From a virus, in IMG/VR virus record IMGVR_UViG_3300032285_001177: a DNA stretch of 64,000 bases; one strand, 5' to 3'. The notes beneath the pieces are model-generated. The model was not told the DNA's origin and did no database searches. It was given only the letters and a program-made list of their open reading frames with translations. Shown here piece after piece: positions 1 through 7,728 of this stretch (its first letter is position 1; each line of letters opens with the position of its first letter). A program made the position numbers and the translations under genes.

Positions 1-335
1 TCCTTATCATCAAAGTCTGGTCTTGCTGTGACTATGATGACCTTATTGTTTGGGTGGTTCTTGGTATCAGCTAGGATAGCTTTGGCTTTCTCAAACATAG
101 CCTTGATAGGTCTTGATTCATTGTAGAATAGGTTTGAATCTGCGAACTCTGAGAAGTCTGCAGTCTCACCAGGCTGAATCTTGTAGGTATTATATTCGGC
201 TGAAGTAAGCCTTTTTGGTGCTGCACCAGGGCTGCGGATTATGATCTCAGCAGTAGTGTGGAATAACGTATCATCTATATCGAATATCGTTAGGTAACCG
301 TCTTTGTATTCATTGTAGTCTTTAAAATTTAACAT
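1..335 (-). CDS. HAD-superfamily phosphatase-like protein (partial, runs off the window start)
   Basis: Manual translation MLNFKDYNEYKDGYLTIFDIDDTLFHT...VIIVTARPDFDDK has HAD motif I (FDIDDTL) and motif II (VTAR). Not in the ORF track; alternative start at 344. Confidence 0.7.
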   Translation of the reverse strand, partial: MLNFKDYNEYKDGYLTIFDIDDTLFHTTAEIIIRSPGAAPKRLTSAEYNTYKIQPGETADFSEFADSNLFYNESRPIKAMFEKAKAILADTKNHPNNKVIIVTARPDFDDK

Positions 336-354
336 CTTTTCCATTTATAGATAC

Positions 355-383
355 ATTATACCAAATTTTTGAATTAAAGTACA
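355..383 (-). promoter_or_regulatory. Early-type sigma70 promoter
   Basis: TGTACT-17 bp-TATAAT; same family as 16 other copies. Confidence 0.75.
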
Positions 384-390
384 TTACCTA

Positions 391-420
391 ATTGTAATAG
401 ATTGTAACAAATTGTAACAA
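391..420. repeat. Three 10-bp direct repeats ATTGTAA(T/C)A(G/A) just upstream of the promoter -35
   Basis: attgtaatag attgtaacaa attgtaacaa. Confidence 0.8.
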
Positions 421-1479
421 TTAATCGCTGTATTTTACAAATATGCTTGAACCAGCGGTGTTCGAGGATCCATACCCATATATGTTCCGGGTGACTAGAT
501 CTGCTTTACCGGACTTCACAATGGCATACGCGTAGTTTACGCTTAGGTATTTGGACATCCACCAAGTCTTATCCTTCTTATGCTGGGTCTGAGCCTGACC
601 TATCAACTTCTCTAGAGGGGCAGCTGACTTGGATAAGAACTTAAACATCATGGCAAACTTCTTAAACACCTCAGGTGTTGGCTTATCGATATACGGTTTA
701 AAGTCTCTTGGTAAACCTAACATTGATGCTGATACACCAGATGCTCGAGCTATCTCAATTAGTACACCTCCGCCGATCTTACCACCAGCAGCTGACTTAC
801 CTTTGATCTCTCCTTGCCATGATGATGGCTCAGGTCGAGATGAGAAGTTACGTAGTTGGATTTGGCCTGAACCTGACTCACTCATGAATTCTATATAGCA
901 ATCCTTTGATGACGTCATATCTTGAGTGATTAATATCTTAGTAAACTTTGCTTGTGGTGGTCTACCATCATTGTATACAGTTTTATGTGGATGATTCTTT
1001 GGTCCTATCTTCTTAAGAGATACACCAATAAGATCTTTCTTTTTAAATGCAGAAAATAGGTATGCGTTTAGTTCATTAAGACCTTTAAAATCTTTCTGGA
1101 TCTTATAACCCTTTTTAACTATCCATATATCGGCTGGATTCCACTTGTCTTCTCCAGAAAATGGGCTCTCAGCTTTAAACTTTTTAAATGCACCATAAAC
1201 AGTTGCTTCAACATCGCCGCCTCTATGGAACGTACAGTTAGATACACGATAGTCTTTAAATATTTGATTAGCAGTCTCAATGCAGCTACGCTTCCAAATA
1301 TCATCAAGACCTTTTAAACATTTGTCTAATGATCTATCGCATTTAGCATCTTTAGTATTTGAAGAAGTAATCTCAGTTATTGTAGTTAAGTCTCTGCCTC
1401 GTGATTGTCGAGCAGCGCATGCATAAGCCTGAAGGCTCTCTGCTAAAGCGGTAACTTCTGATCCAGCACCTGATGGCAT
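421..1479 (-). CDS. Phage protein with possible PD-(D/E)xK nuclease-like fold
   Basis: DKWNPADIW...LIGVSLKK motif; preceded by a late promoter. Confidence 0.45.
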   Translation of the reverse strand: MPSGAGSEVTALAESLQAYACAARQSRGRDLTTITEITSSNTKDAKCDRSLDKCLKGLDDIWKRSCIETANQIFKDYRVSNCTFHRGGDVEATVYGAFKKFKAESPFSGEDKWNPADIWIVKKGYKIQKDFKGLNELNAYLFSAFKKKDLIGVSLKKIGPKNHPHKTVYNDGRPPQAKFTKILITQDMTSSKDCYIEFMSESGSGQIQLRNFSSRPEPSSWQGEIKGKSAAGGKIGGGVLIEIARASGVSASMLGLPRDFKPYIDKPTPEVFKKFAMMFKFLSKSAAPLEKLIGQAQTQHKKDKTWWMSKYLSVNYAYAIVKSGKADLVTRNIYGYGSSNTAGSSIFVKYSD

Positions 1480-1503
1480 AATCTAATCCTAATAGTAATT
1501 TAC

Positions 1504-1511
1504 TATTTATA
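1504..1511 (-). promoter_or_regulatory. T4-type late promoter
   Basis: TATAAATA on the minus strand, directly after the terminator. Confidence 0.75.
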
Positions 1512-1533
1512 AAAAAAGGGGCCGAAGCCCCTT
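1511..1533 (-). terminator. Rho-independent terminator after gp41
   Basis: AAGGGG-CTTCGG-CCCC-T7, cUUCGg tetraloop. Confidence 0.85.
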
Positions 1534-1535
1534 AG

Positions 1536-2924
1536 TTAAAACTTGAATCCCGAGAATTCCTCGGTCGAGACTCGCTTGCCAAAGTCCGACTTATCGAATA
1601 ATGGTTTGTCATCTTGACCAGAGCCTGAGATGTTTGTTTGTGCAGATGTTTCTACATCATACAGCTTCATCTTAGACCTATCAACACCGATCACAAACTT
1701 CTTATAATAAGATGGATCATTATAACGATTCTTAAGTTGCTTAACCATGATTTGATTAAGACCTTCCATCTCTTCAGTAGAGATCAAAGCCAACATAAGA
1801 TCAACAGTTGCTGGCAAACCAAAGGATTCGGATGTGTCCTCAAGACCTGGATCGGAATTCGTAAAACCGGATCGAGTAGTCTGTGTGGCACTCACGATGG
1901 GAACTGAATACTCTACTGCCAAACCCCTTAGTTCTTCAGCAATCGTCTTGACATAAGTGTAACTGTTTACGTTAGCACCATATCGAAGTCGTTGTGAACT
2001 ACAAATATTTAGATAGTCAATGTAGATAATGTCAGGAGAAAACTCTTGTTTAAGTTTTAACTCTTCAAGCAGTGCTCTAAAATGGCCGGCATGGGCACCA
2101 GCAGTTGGGTACTCCTTGATGGTCAACTTACCTTGAGATTTTTTCCTGACTTTATCTAACCGACTATCAAAGATGGGCTTATCGACCACCTTTAACTCGT
2201 CCATAGAAAGGTTAAGAAGGTTTGCATCGATACGTTCTGCGATACGTTCTTCTGCCATTTCCATGGTAATATACAACACGTTCTTATTATCAAGTAGATT
2301 TGCTGCAGCACAGTGACACATGAATAATGATTTACCCACACCTGTACCTGCAAGGATAACATTAAGTGTTTTCTTGCTTAGGCCGCCTTTTGTAATCTTG
2401 TTCAACATATCAAGGTCGAACGGGATCTTCTCTTCTACTTTATGATAAAACTGATACCGCTGATCAGAATCGTCAAGATAATTGTGCCCAACATGGCTAT
2501 CGAAACTAACGCCAAGAGCATCAGAAAGTAACGATGGAATTGCATCATCTTGTCTATCTTTGTCTTTTCCCTCGATGATACCGATCGAGTCGAGGATAGC
2601 GTTGTAGACCGCACGCTTCTTGCAAAAGGTTTCTGTTTCATTTAATAACCACTCCTGATTTGTGTCTTGTTTTGCGAGCGATACAATAAAATCACCAAGC
2701 TCTTTATCTTCTGTAGCAGATAAGTCTTTACGCTTGTGCATCTCGATCGCAAGGATCTCAGATGTTAAAGGTTTATTGTATGTCTCGAAGAACTTATTGA
2801 TCTCCTCAAACGCCATTGCTTCTTTACGTTCAGAGAAGTATCTCTTGTTTAAGAAAGGTAAAACTTTACGACAATACTCTTCGTTATGTACTAAGTTACT
2901 TAAGATTGTATTTTCAATTCTCAT
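1536..2924 (-). CDS. 41: Replicative DNA helicase (T4 gp41)
   Basis: Walker A AGTGVGKS, ITMEMAEE, IDYLN, SATQTTR, LKNRY; likely start MRIEN at 2924. Confidence 0.95.
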   Translation of the reverse strand: MRIENTILSNLVHNEEYCRKVLPFLNKRYFSERKEAMAFEEINKFFETYNKPLTSEILAIEMHKRKDLSATEDKELGDFIVSLAKQDTNQEWLLNETETFCKKRAVYNAILDSIGIIEGKDKDRQDDAIPSLLSDALGVSFDSHVGHNYLDDSDQRYQFYHKVEEKIPFDLDMLNKITKGGLSKKTLNVILAGTGVGKSLFMCHCAAANLLDNKNVLYITMEMAEERIAERIDANLLNLSMDELKVVDKPIFDSRLDKVRKKSQGKLTIKEYPTAGAHAGHFRALLEELKLKQEFSPDIIYIDYLNICSSQRLRYGANVNSYTYVKTIAEELRGLAVEYSVPIVSATQTTRSGFTNSDPGLEDTSESFGLPATVDLMLALISTEEMEGLNQIMVKQLKNRYNDPSYYKKFVIGVDRSKMKLYDVETSAQTNISGSGQDDKPLFDKSDFGKRVSTEEFSGFKF

Positions 2925-3195
2925 CCACACCGCCTGCATAAACTAGATCGTTATTGACAATGCCTTCTTCGAGGATCTGCATGATCAGATCACCGACTAC
3001 AATTTCAAATTGTTTTTGATCATAGTTGAGGCATTTATTCTCTATTATATCATAGTTATACTTTAATGTACCTTTATCTTCATCAAAAGCCACACGATCG
3101 ATCTTGAATTTAATACCGCTGAACGTGTGCTCTTCTAACTCGATAGAGTATTGTGATTGACCGTATGGAACTTTAGTGTACTTAAGCTTATGCAT
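2914..3195 (-). CDS. Hypothetical protein between uvsX and gp41
   Basis: ORF overlapping both neighbours; position of T4 gp40. Confidence 0.6.
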   Translation of the reverse strand: MHKLKYTKVPYGQSQYSIELEEHTFSGIKFKIDRVAFDEDKGTLKYNYDIIENKCLNYDQKQFEIVVGDLIMQILEEGIVNNDLVYAGGVDEN

Positions 3196-4267
3196 CGACA
3201 TCGATATCATCCTCAATAGAAGCTAACTCATCATCAATGTCCTCATCTTTGATGATAGCTCCATGAGCAACTTGATACTTGTCTTTAACTGCATCTTGGA
3301 ATGTCTTATCCATAAGGATCGGCATCCAAAACTCTTTAGTGTCCGTATCCTTAATGCGATACTTATCACCAATCTCACCAGTCTCTTTGTTTACGCGAGC
3401 AAACCAACCAACAGATGGCTTAACCACATGACCAGTTTCCAAAGCAATATCAAGCAACCCACTCCACTTGCTAATACCACCGTCAAAACTAACAGTAATA
3501 GGTATTTTAGATTTTTCTCTGACATATCTTGACTTCTCCACGTTAATGATAAAGTTCCAACCAGTCAGCTCTGTACCATCTTTATCTTGTTGACGACCTA
3601 AGATGTAGATGTTATCTGCTGAATAGTATGAGCCTGTACCACCACCAACTACTGGCTTAGAGTACATCTCCATAGTCATGTAAGTATGGTTAACAACAAC
3701 CATCGGGATATCTTTCAATGTAAGGTGTGGTGTTACCATTCTAAACAATGACTTGATTTGTTTTGCTCTTGACATGTCTGCAACAGACTTACCGTCAAGA
3801 GTATCCTCAACTTCCTTCTTAGAAGCAAGGTTACCGATTGAGTCGATGATGATCATGATCTTGTCATCACGCTCGATACCTTGGATCTGCTTCATGATAT
3901 CGAACTTAAGCTGCTCAACATCAGTAACTGGAGTATGCAGCACTCTTGTTTGGTCGATACCAAATGATTCAAAGTACGACTGAGGTGTACCAAACTCTGA
4001 GTCATAGAATAATAACACTGAGTCTTGATACTTATCCATGTAAGACTTAGCCATCAGTAAGCTGAATGCTGTCTTAAAGTGTTTTGATGGACCTGCCCAC
4101 ATCGTTAGACCTGGTGTTAAACCACCATCAAGTCTACCACTCAAGGCGATGTTAATCGCCGGAATGGATGTAGGTATCATGTCCTTCTTGGTAAAAAATT
4201 TGGACTTGGATAATACTTCCGAGTCCTTAATAGTTGAGTTACTTCTGATCTTATCTAATAATCCCAT
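3188..4267 (-). CDS. uvsX: RecA-like recombinase UvsX
   Basis: GPSKHFKT, YDSEFG, IDSIGNLASKKE, EKSRYVREK. Confidence 0.95.
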   Translation of the reverse strand: MGLLDKIRSNSTIKDSEVLSKSKFFTKKDMIPTSIPAINIALSGRLDGGLTPGLTMWAGPSKHFKTAFSLLMAKSYMDKYQDSVLLFYDSEFGTPQSYFESFGIDQTRVLHTPVTDVEQLKFDIMKQIQGIERDDKIMIIIDSIGNLASKKEVEDTLDGKSVADMSRAKQIKSLFRMVTPHLTLKDIPMVVVNHTYMTMEMYSKPVVGGGTGSYYSADNIYILGRQQDKDGTELTGWNFIINVEKSRYVREKSKIPITVSFDGGISKWSGLLDIALETGHVVKPSVGWFARVNKETGEIGDKYRIKDTDTKEFWMPILMDKTFQDAVKDKYQVAHGAIIKDEDIDDELASIEDDIDVDA

Positions 4268-4276
4268 GATTTTCCT

Positions 4277-4465
4277 TTATTTTGTTCTTCTTGCGATCTC
4301 ACGTTCAATCTTACACTTTTCTTTCTTTACTTGCGTCTTATCTAACAACGCTGTTAACTGCTTTACATTTAATGGACGAAGACGTGGCTTACCACTCTTG
4401 TATTGCATTGGGTTGTTATGCCGTTTTGACGGATGAACTCTTGCTTTATTTCCTGGTTGTGCCAT
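4277..4465 (-). CDS. Small basic hypothetical protein
   Basis: ORF with GAGGAG Shine-Dalgarno; tight packing. Confidence 0.6.
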   Translation of the reverse strand: MAQPGNKARVHPSKRHNNPMQYKSGKPRLRPLNVKQLTALLDKTQVKKEKCKIEREIARRTK

Positions 4466-4467
4466 GA

Positions 4468-4923
4468 TTACTCCTCGTTGATTACATAAACTGCAACACC
4501 AGCCTCAGCGAACATTGCGATGGACTTTTTCCATGAGTCGTTCCAATGTGGTCTGGCTTCGATGCATTCTTTTGATACTACTACTTTCTTGATACCCACT
4601 TGAATGATACCTTTTGCACACTCTGAGCATGCTGGTAAACCATAGATGTATATCGTTGAACCATCTAATGATACACCTGAGTAGGTAGCATTATATATGG
4701 CGTTCATCTCAGCATGGACAATAAAGGATAGCTTGATATCCCTATTCTTTAATCGTGTAGGTGAGTCTGCGATACCACGCGGGAACCCATTATAACCTTG
4801 TGATAAGATCTGGCCTTTGGATCCAACTACAACAGCACCAACTTTGGTGTTAGGATCCTTCGACCATTCTGATACTTCCTTTGCGAGATTAAGGTATCTC
4901 TTATTCCATTTATTAATCGCCAT
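4468..4923 (-). CDS. cd: dCMP deaminase
   Basis: SKDPNTKVGA, GYNGFP, HAEMNAI and PxCxxC-type zinc motif (PACSEC). Confidence 0.92.
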   Translation of the reverse strand: MAINKWNKRYLNLAKEVSEWSKDPNTKVGAVVVGSKGQILSQGYNGFPRGIADSPTRLKNRDIKLSFIVHAEMNAIYNATYSGVSLDGSTIYIYGLPACSECAKGIIQVGIKKVVVSKECIEARPHWNDSWKKSIAMFAEAGVAVYVINEE

Positions 4924-5584
4924 TTACTAATCCAAAGTGTCTCTCATATACGTGCATAGATGCTACGTTCCAATAGATATCACCTAACTCAAGTGTATTC
5001 CAATTATTGTTTACATCTTTGAGTAGCTGTTCTTGTACATGTCTTTGCCATGCATAGTCATTCTTATAACCAAATACTGCATCGTTTGATCTCATATAAA
5101 CAAGAGCATGCAGCTTGTTATCACGAACTAAGTATTGTACTGCATTAGTACACATGAAATCGGACATGCCATCTTTGTCATAGTCATCATGCATAGATGG
5201 ACGGTTATAGATCATGGTTGCTCTACGAGAACCAGGATTTGCAACCAGTTCTGCTAACACGTTCATGTATTGGTTACCGTTCTCTTCTGAGTAGATACAC
5301 CAACCATAGTTTGAGTTGATCATGCCTTCTGGACTTGCAACCATTTTCCAGATCTCGGGTGTACCACCTGGGATATCATTAACATTACGAGACATTGAAT
5401 TATACCATTCAAGCTCGCGCTTAACGTAGTCTTCGTTGACTGTACCAAAGATGGTAGGGAAGTTTGCAAGGAACGATGCGTTAACGATCTCGATGGTCTT
5501 AACACCAGATTTATCTTTAACGAACTTCTCTTCTCTTAATAAGTTTTGGAATATACGTTTAACGTTGTTTACTGTGTAGTTCAT
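4913..5584 (-). CDS. 42: dCMP hydroxymethylase (T4 gp42-like, thymidylate synthase fold)
   Basis: Close to T4 gp42 along its length (DKSGVKTIEI, RELEWY, INSNYGW, DGMSDFMCTN, MRSND); Asp in ND(Y)AWQ, the dCMP-specifying position. Confidence 0.9.
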   Translation of the reverse strand: MNYTVNNVKRIFQNLLREEKFVKDKSGVKTIEIVNASFLANFPTIFGTVNEDYVKRELEWYNSMSRNVNDIPGGTPEIWKMVASPEGMINSNYGWCIYSEENGNQYMNVLAELVANPGSRRATMIYNRPSMHDDYDKDGMSDFMCTNAVQYLVRDNKLHALVYMRSNDAVFGYKNDYAWQRHVQEQLLKDVNNNWNTLELGDIYWNVASMHVYERHFGLVNGD

Positions 5585-6156
5585 TGTGCCTCCATGATTG
5601 GTTCTGCGTTGTCAACATAATGTAGATAGCTGCCAACGATATATTTAGGTTCTTTCTTAGGCATAGTTCCAGCATGTGGGTATGTCCATAATGGTGGGAA
5701 CATCAATAGGCCACCTTCTATTCTTGGTACTGTTACGTTTAAGTATGGAAAATCAGTTTCTCCATCTTCTCCACCATTGAGGTATAAGAAGAATGCTAAG
5801 AACCTTTTTGAAGATGCCATATCGTTTACATCTGTGTGTAGATCGAACTTACCTTCGTTTGGTTCATAGCGTTTCATACGGAACTGTTCGAATGCATATG
5901 TAGTTGGCCATTGGATACCAGTCTCGATCTTACACTCTTCACGATACTTCTGAATACCTGTAGTGAATAATAACTTTAAGATCTCGTTGTACTTTTTCCA
6001 TGTTTCATTATGAACGATAAGGTTAATCTGCTTGAAGTCCATGATTGAAGTTACATACTTCTCATGCTGCTGAGGGTTTGCTTCAAATAGATCGATCATC
6101 TCTTTACAGATGACAGGATCTAACACGTTGTTGTATAGTTTAACGTACCGTTGCAT
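5581..6156 (-). CDS. 2OG-Fe(II) oxygenase (prolyl-4-hydroxylase-like)
   Basis: HTD...FFLYLN...GETDF...FPPLWTYPHAG...KY; start MQRYVK with AAGGA SD. Confidence 0.85.
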   Translation of the reverse strand: MQRYVKLYNNVLDPVICKEMIDLFEANPQQHEKYVTSIMDFKQINLIVHNETWKKYNEILKLLFTTGIQKYREECKIETGIQWPTTYAFEQFRMKRYEPNEGKFDLHTDVNDMASSKRFLAFFLYLNGGEDGETDFPYLNVTVPRIEGGLLMFPPLWTYPHAGTMPKKEPKYIVGSYLHYVDNAEPIMEAQ

Positions 6157-6499
6157 CTTTGTCCTTTGGCTTATTAAAGATATCACGGTTAGGATCTTGA
6201 CCAGGGATTTGACCACGCATGTATGCAACCACGAAGGATGCATAATTAATCATGTCGAGAGCAGAGTCTTCGACAGATTCATAGTTTGGTGTACCACCCG
6301 CTTCTTGTGCTTCTAAGACGGATACCATTCGAAGGTATTTTGCTTTGATGATGTCAAGGATTGTCCATACGCCATGCTCATAGTAGTCTGCTTGTTGCAC
6401 ACGACTTACAGCATTGTTATAGTCTTGACCTTTCTTTTCTTGGATATCAGCGGCTTCTAATAAGATAAGCGCTGACGGTCTTGAATATTGCTTTTCCAT
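6140..6499 (-). CDS. Nucleotide-modification-associated domain 1 (DUF1599/MazG-like all-alpha protein)
   Basis: KKGQDY...KYLR...ESVEDSALDMINYA pattern. Confidence 0.75.
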   Translation of the reverse strand: MEKQYSRPSALILLEAADIQEKKGQDYNNAVSRVQQADYYEHGVWTILDIIKAKYLRMVSVLEAQEAGGTPNYESVEDSALDMINYASFVVAYMRGQIPGQDPNRDIFNKPKDKDATVR

Positions 6500-6524
6500 A
6501 ATATAACTCCCATGTTATAATAGT

Positions 6525-6553
6525 ATAATACCACGTATTGCATATAATGTAAA
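6525..6553 (-). promoter_or_regulatory. Early-type promoter for the Nmad1-oxygenase-gp42-cd operon
   Basis: TTTACA-17 bp-TATTAT. Confidence 0.7.
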
Positions 6554-6554
6554 A

Positions 6555-6992
6555 TTATTTTTCGCTTCGCCACGATTTGTTCAGTTTATCCCAAAAAAAC
6601 ATTTCGTCTACAGTATATGTACCTGCTGATTCATCTCGTTTAAAAAAGATTACATGTTCTGATATATCTTTTTTCCACTTAACTTTTCTTTCCCACAGTG
6701 TAGCTAAAGTATCTCTTTTATATTCATATGAATCTCTATGAGTTCCAAAAGATTTAACTTCTACTGACTCATTATCAGGGTTAAATACATCTTTGTATGG
6801 TCGAGCATCATTTGTATAGTTACATAGTTCAATCAACATACGTTCAGCTGCTAGACCATTTTTAGTATTTTCCCATGAAGAGTACTCGCCAGGTTTATAT
6901 TCTTCATTAGTTAATTCAACTAATAGATCTTGGTCAATATCAGTTATATTGAATACTTGACCAAGCTTAACATTCCAATTGAAATTAGTCAT
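6555..6992 (-). CDS. Putative PD-(D/E)xK endonuclease
   Basis: AAE...KDV...VEVKS spacing of the restriction-endonuclease fold; AT-rich gene. Confidence 0.5.
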   Translation of the reverse strand: MTNFNWNVKLGQVFNITDIDQDLLVELTNEEYKPGEYSSWENTKNGLAAERMLIELCNYTNDARPYKDVFNPDNESVEVKSFGTHRDSYEYKRDTLATLWERKVKWKKDISEHVIFFKRDESAGTYTVDEMFFWDKLNKSWRSEK

Positions 6993-7386
6993 AGATCTTT
7001 TCGAATGCTCCTACATTATCAATGTGTGTTGGTGCTGTCCAGCCTTCTGGTTTAACCAGATCAGGTAAACCTAATGGATTTGGTCGTGCTTCTTTAATAC
7101 CAACTTCTTTAGAGATGTTAGCTTTATATACACGATCCCATGCCATATGTGCATCGATACCAAATAGATCCAATGTACCGATAGCAAACACTGATAGATC
7201 GATCAATGCATCAACTGCATCATCACCATTCCTTGCTGCTTTAAGTTCATCAAGTTCTTCTTGCAAACAATTGATACGGAACTGAAGGAAGTCTGCTAAC
7301 TTATTAGCATCCATCTTTGCAACGACTTCACGCACACCAAACTTGGCATGCATCTCGTTCATATCTTTTACCCAATTTTGACTCAT
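6985..7386 (-). CDS. MazG/DR2231-like NTP pyrophosphohydrolase (candidate dCTPase/dUTPase)
   Basis: EELDEL...DALIDL...RVYKANISK...KPEGW pattern. Confidence 0.8.
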   Translation of the reverse strand: MSQNWVKDMNEMHAKFGVREVVAKMDANKLADFLQFRINCLQEELDELKAARNGDDAVDALIDLSVFAIGTLDLFGIDAHMAWDRVYKANISKEVGIKEARPNPLGLPDLVKPEGWTAPTHIDNVGAFEKIYD

Positions 7387-7472
7387 TTACTTCTCCTAAA
7401 AAATTTCATAAGCTGGCAAGGTTTCCACTTGCAGCCGGGGTTTAATTCTTTTTTACAAATTTCACATTTCAT
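7383..7472 (-). CDS. 29-aa cysteine-rich micro-protein
   Basis: MKCEICKKELNPGCKWKPCQLMKFFRRSK; stop overlaps the next ATG (ATGA); ATG 6 nt after a -10 box. Confidence 0.55.
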   Translation of the reverse strand: MKCEICKKELNPGCKWKPCQLMKFFRRSK

Positions 7473-7478
7473 AATACC

Positions 7479-7507
7479 ATTATACCTTAAAGATGAATTA
7501 ATGTACA
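7479..7507 (-). promoter_or_regulatory. Early-type promoter
   Basis: TGTACA-17 bp-TATAAT. Confidence 0.75.
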
Positions 7508-7725
7508 TGCTGTGGTTCAGTTATCAGCAGCTTTTGTACCTTATCCCTGCTGTCCAAAACGTGGTTCAAGAGGCCTTCAAAGTCCTCCTCGTTTAATACT
7601 GTTTTGTAGATTGATAGGGCTTGAGCTAACATAACACCAGCAATCTCAAGAGGGTTGTTTTCCTCGTTAAGAAGTTTATTTGTCTGTGTCATGTATGAAT
7701 TATAGATCTCTTCTGTTGTAGTCAT
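7498..7725 (-). CDS. Hypothetical protein
   Basis: ORF immediately after gp43. Confidence 0.6.
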   Translation of the reverse strand: MTTTEEIYNSYMTQTNKLLNEENNPLEIAGVMLAQALSIYKTVLNEEDFEGLLNHVLDSRDKVQKLLITEPQHVH

Positions 7726-7728
7726 ATG

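Noticed and set aside
4913-5584. Thymidylate synthase (thyA/td) call
   Set aside because: The sequence tracks T4 gp42, has Asp at the specificity position and lacks the ThyA LPPCH motif.
7411-7436. GAAA-capped hairpin as a stand-alone ncRNA
   Set aside because: It lies within the cysteine-rich micro-ORF, and there is no other support.
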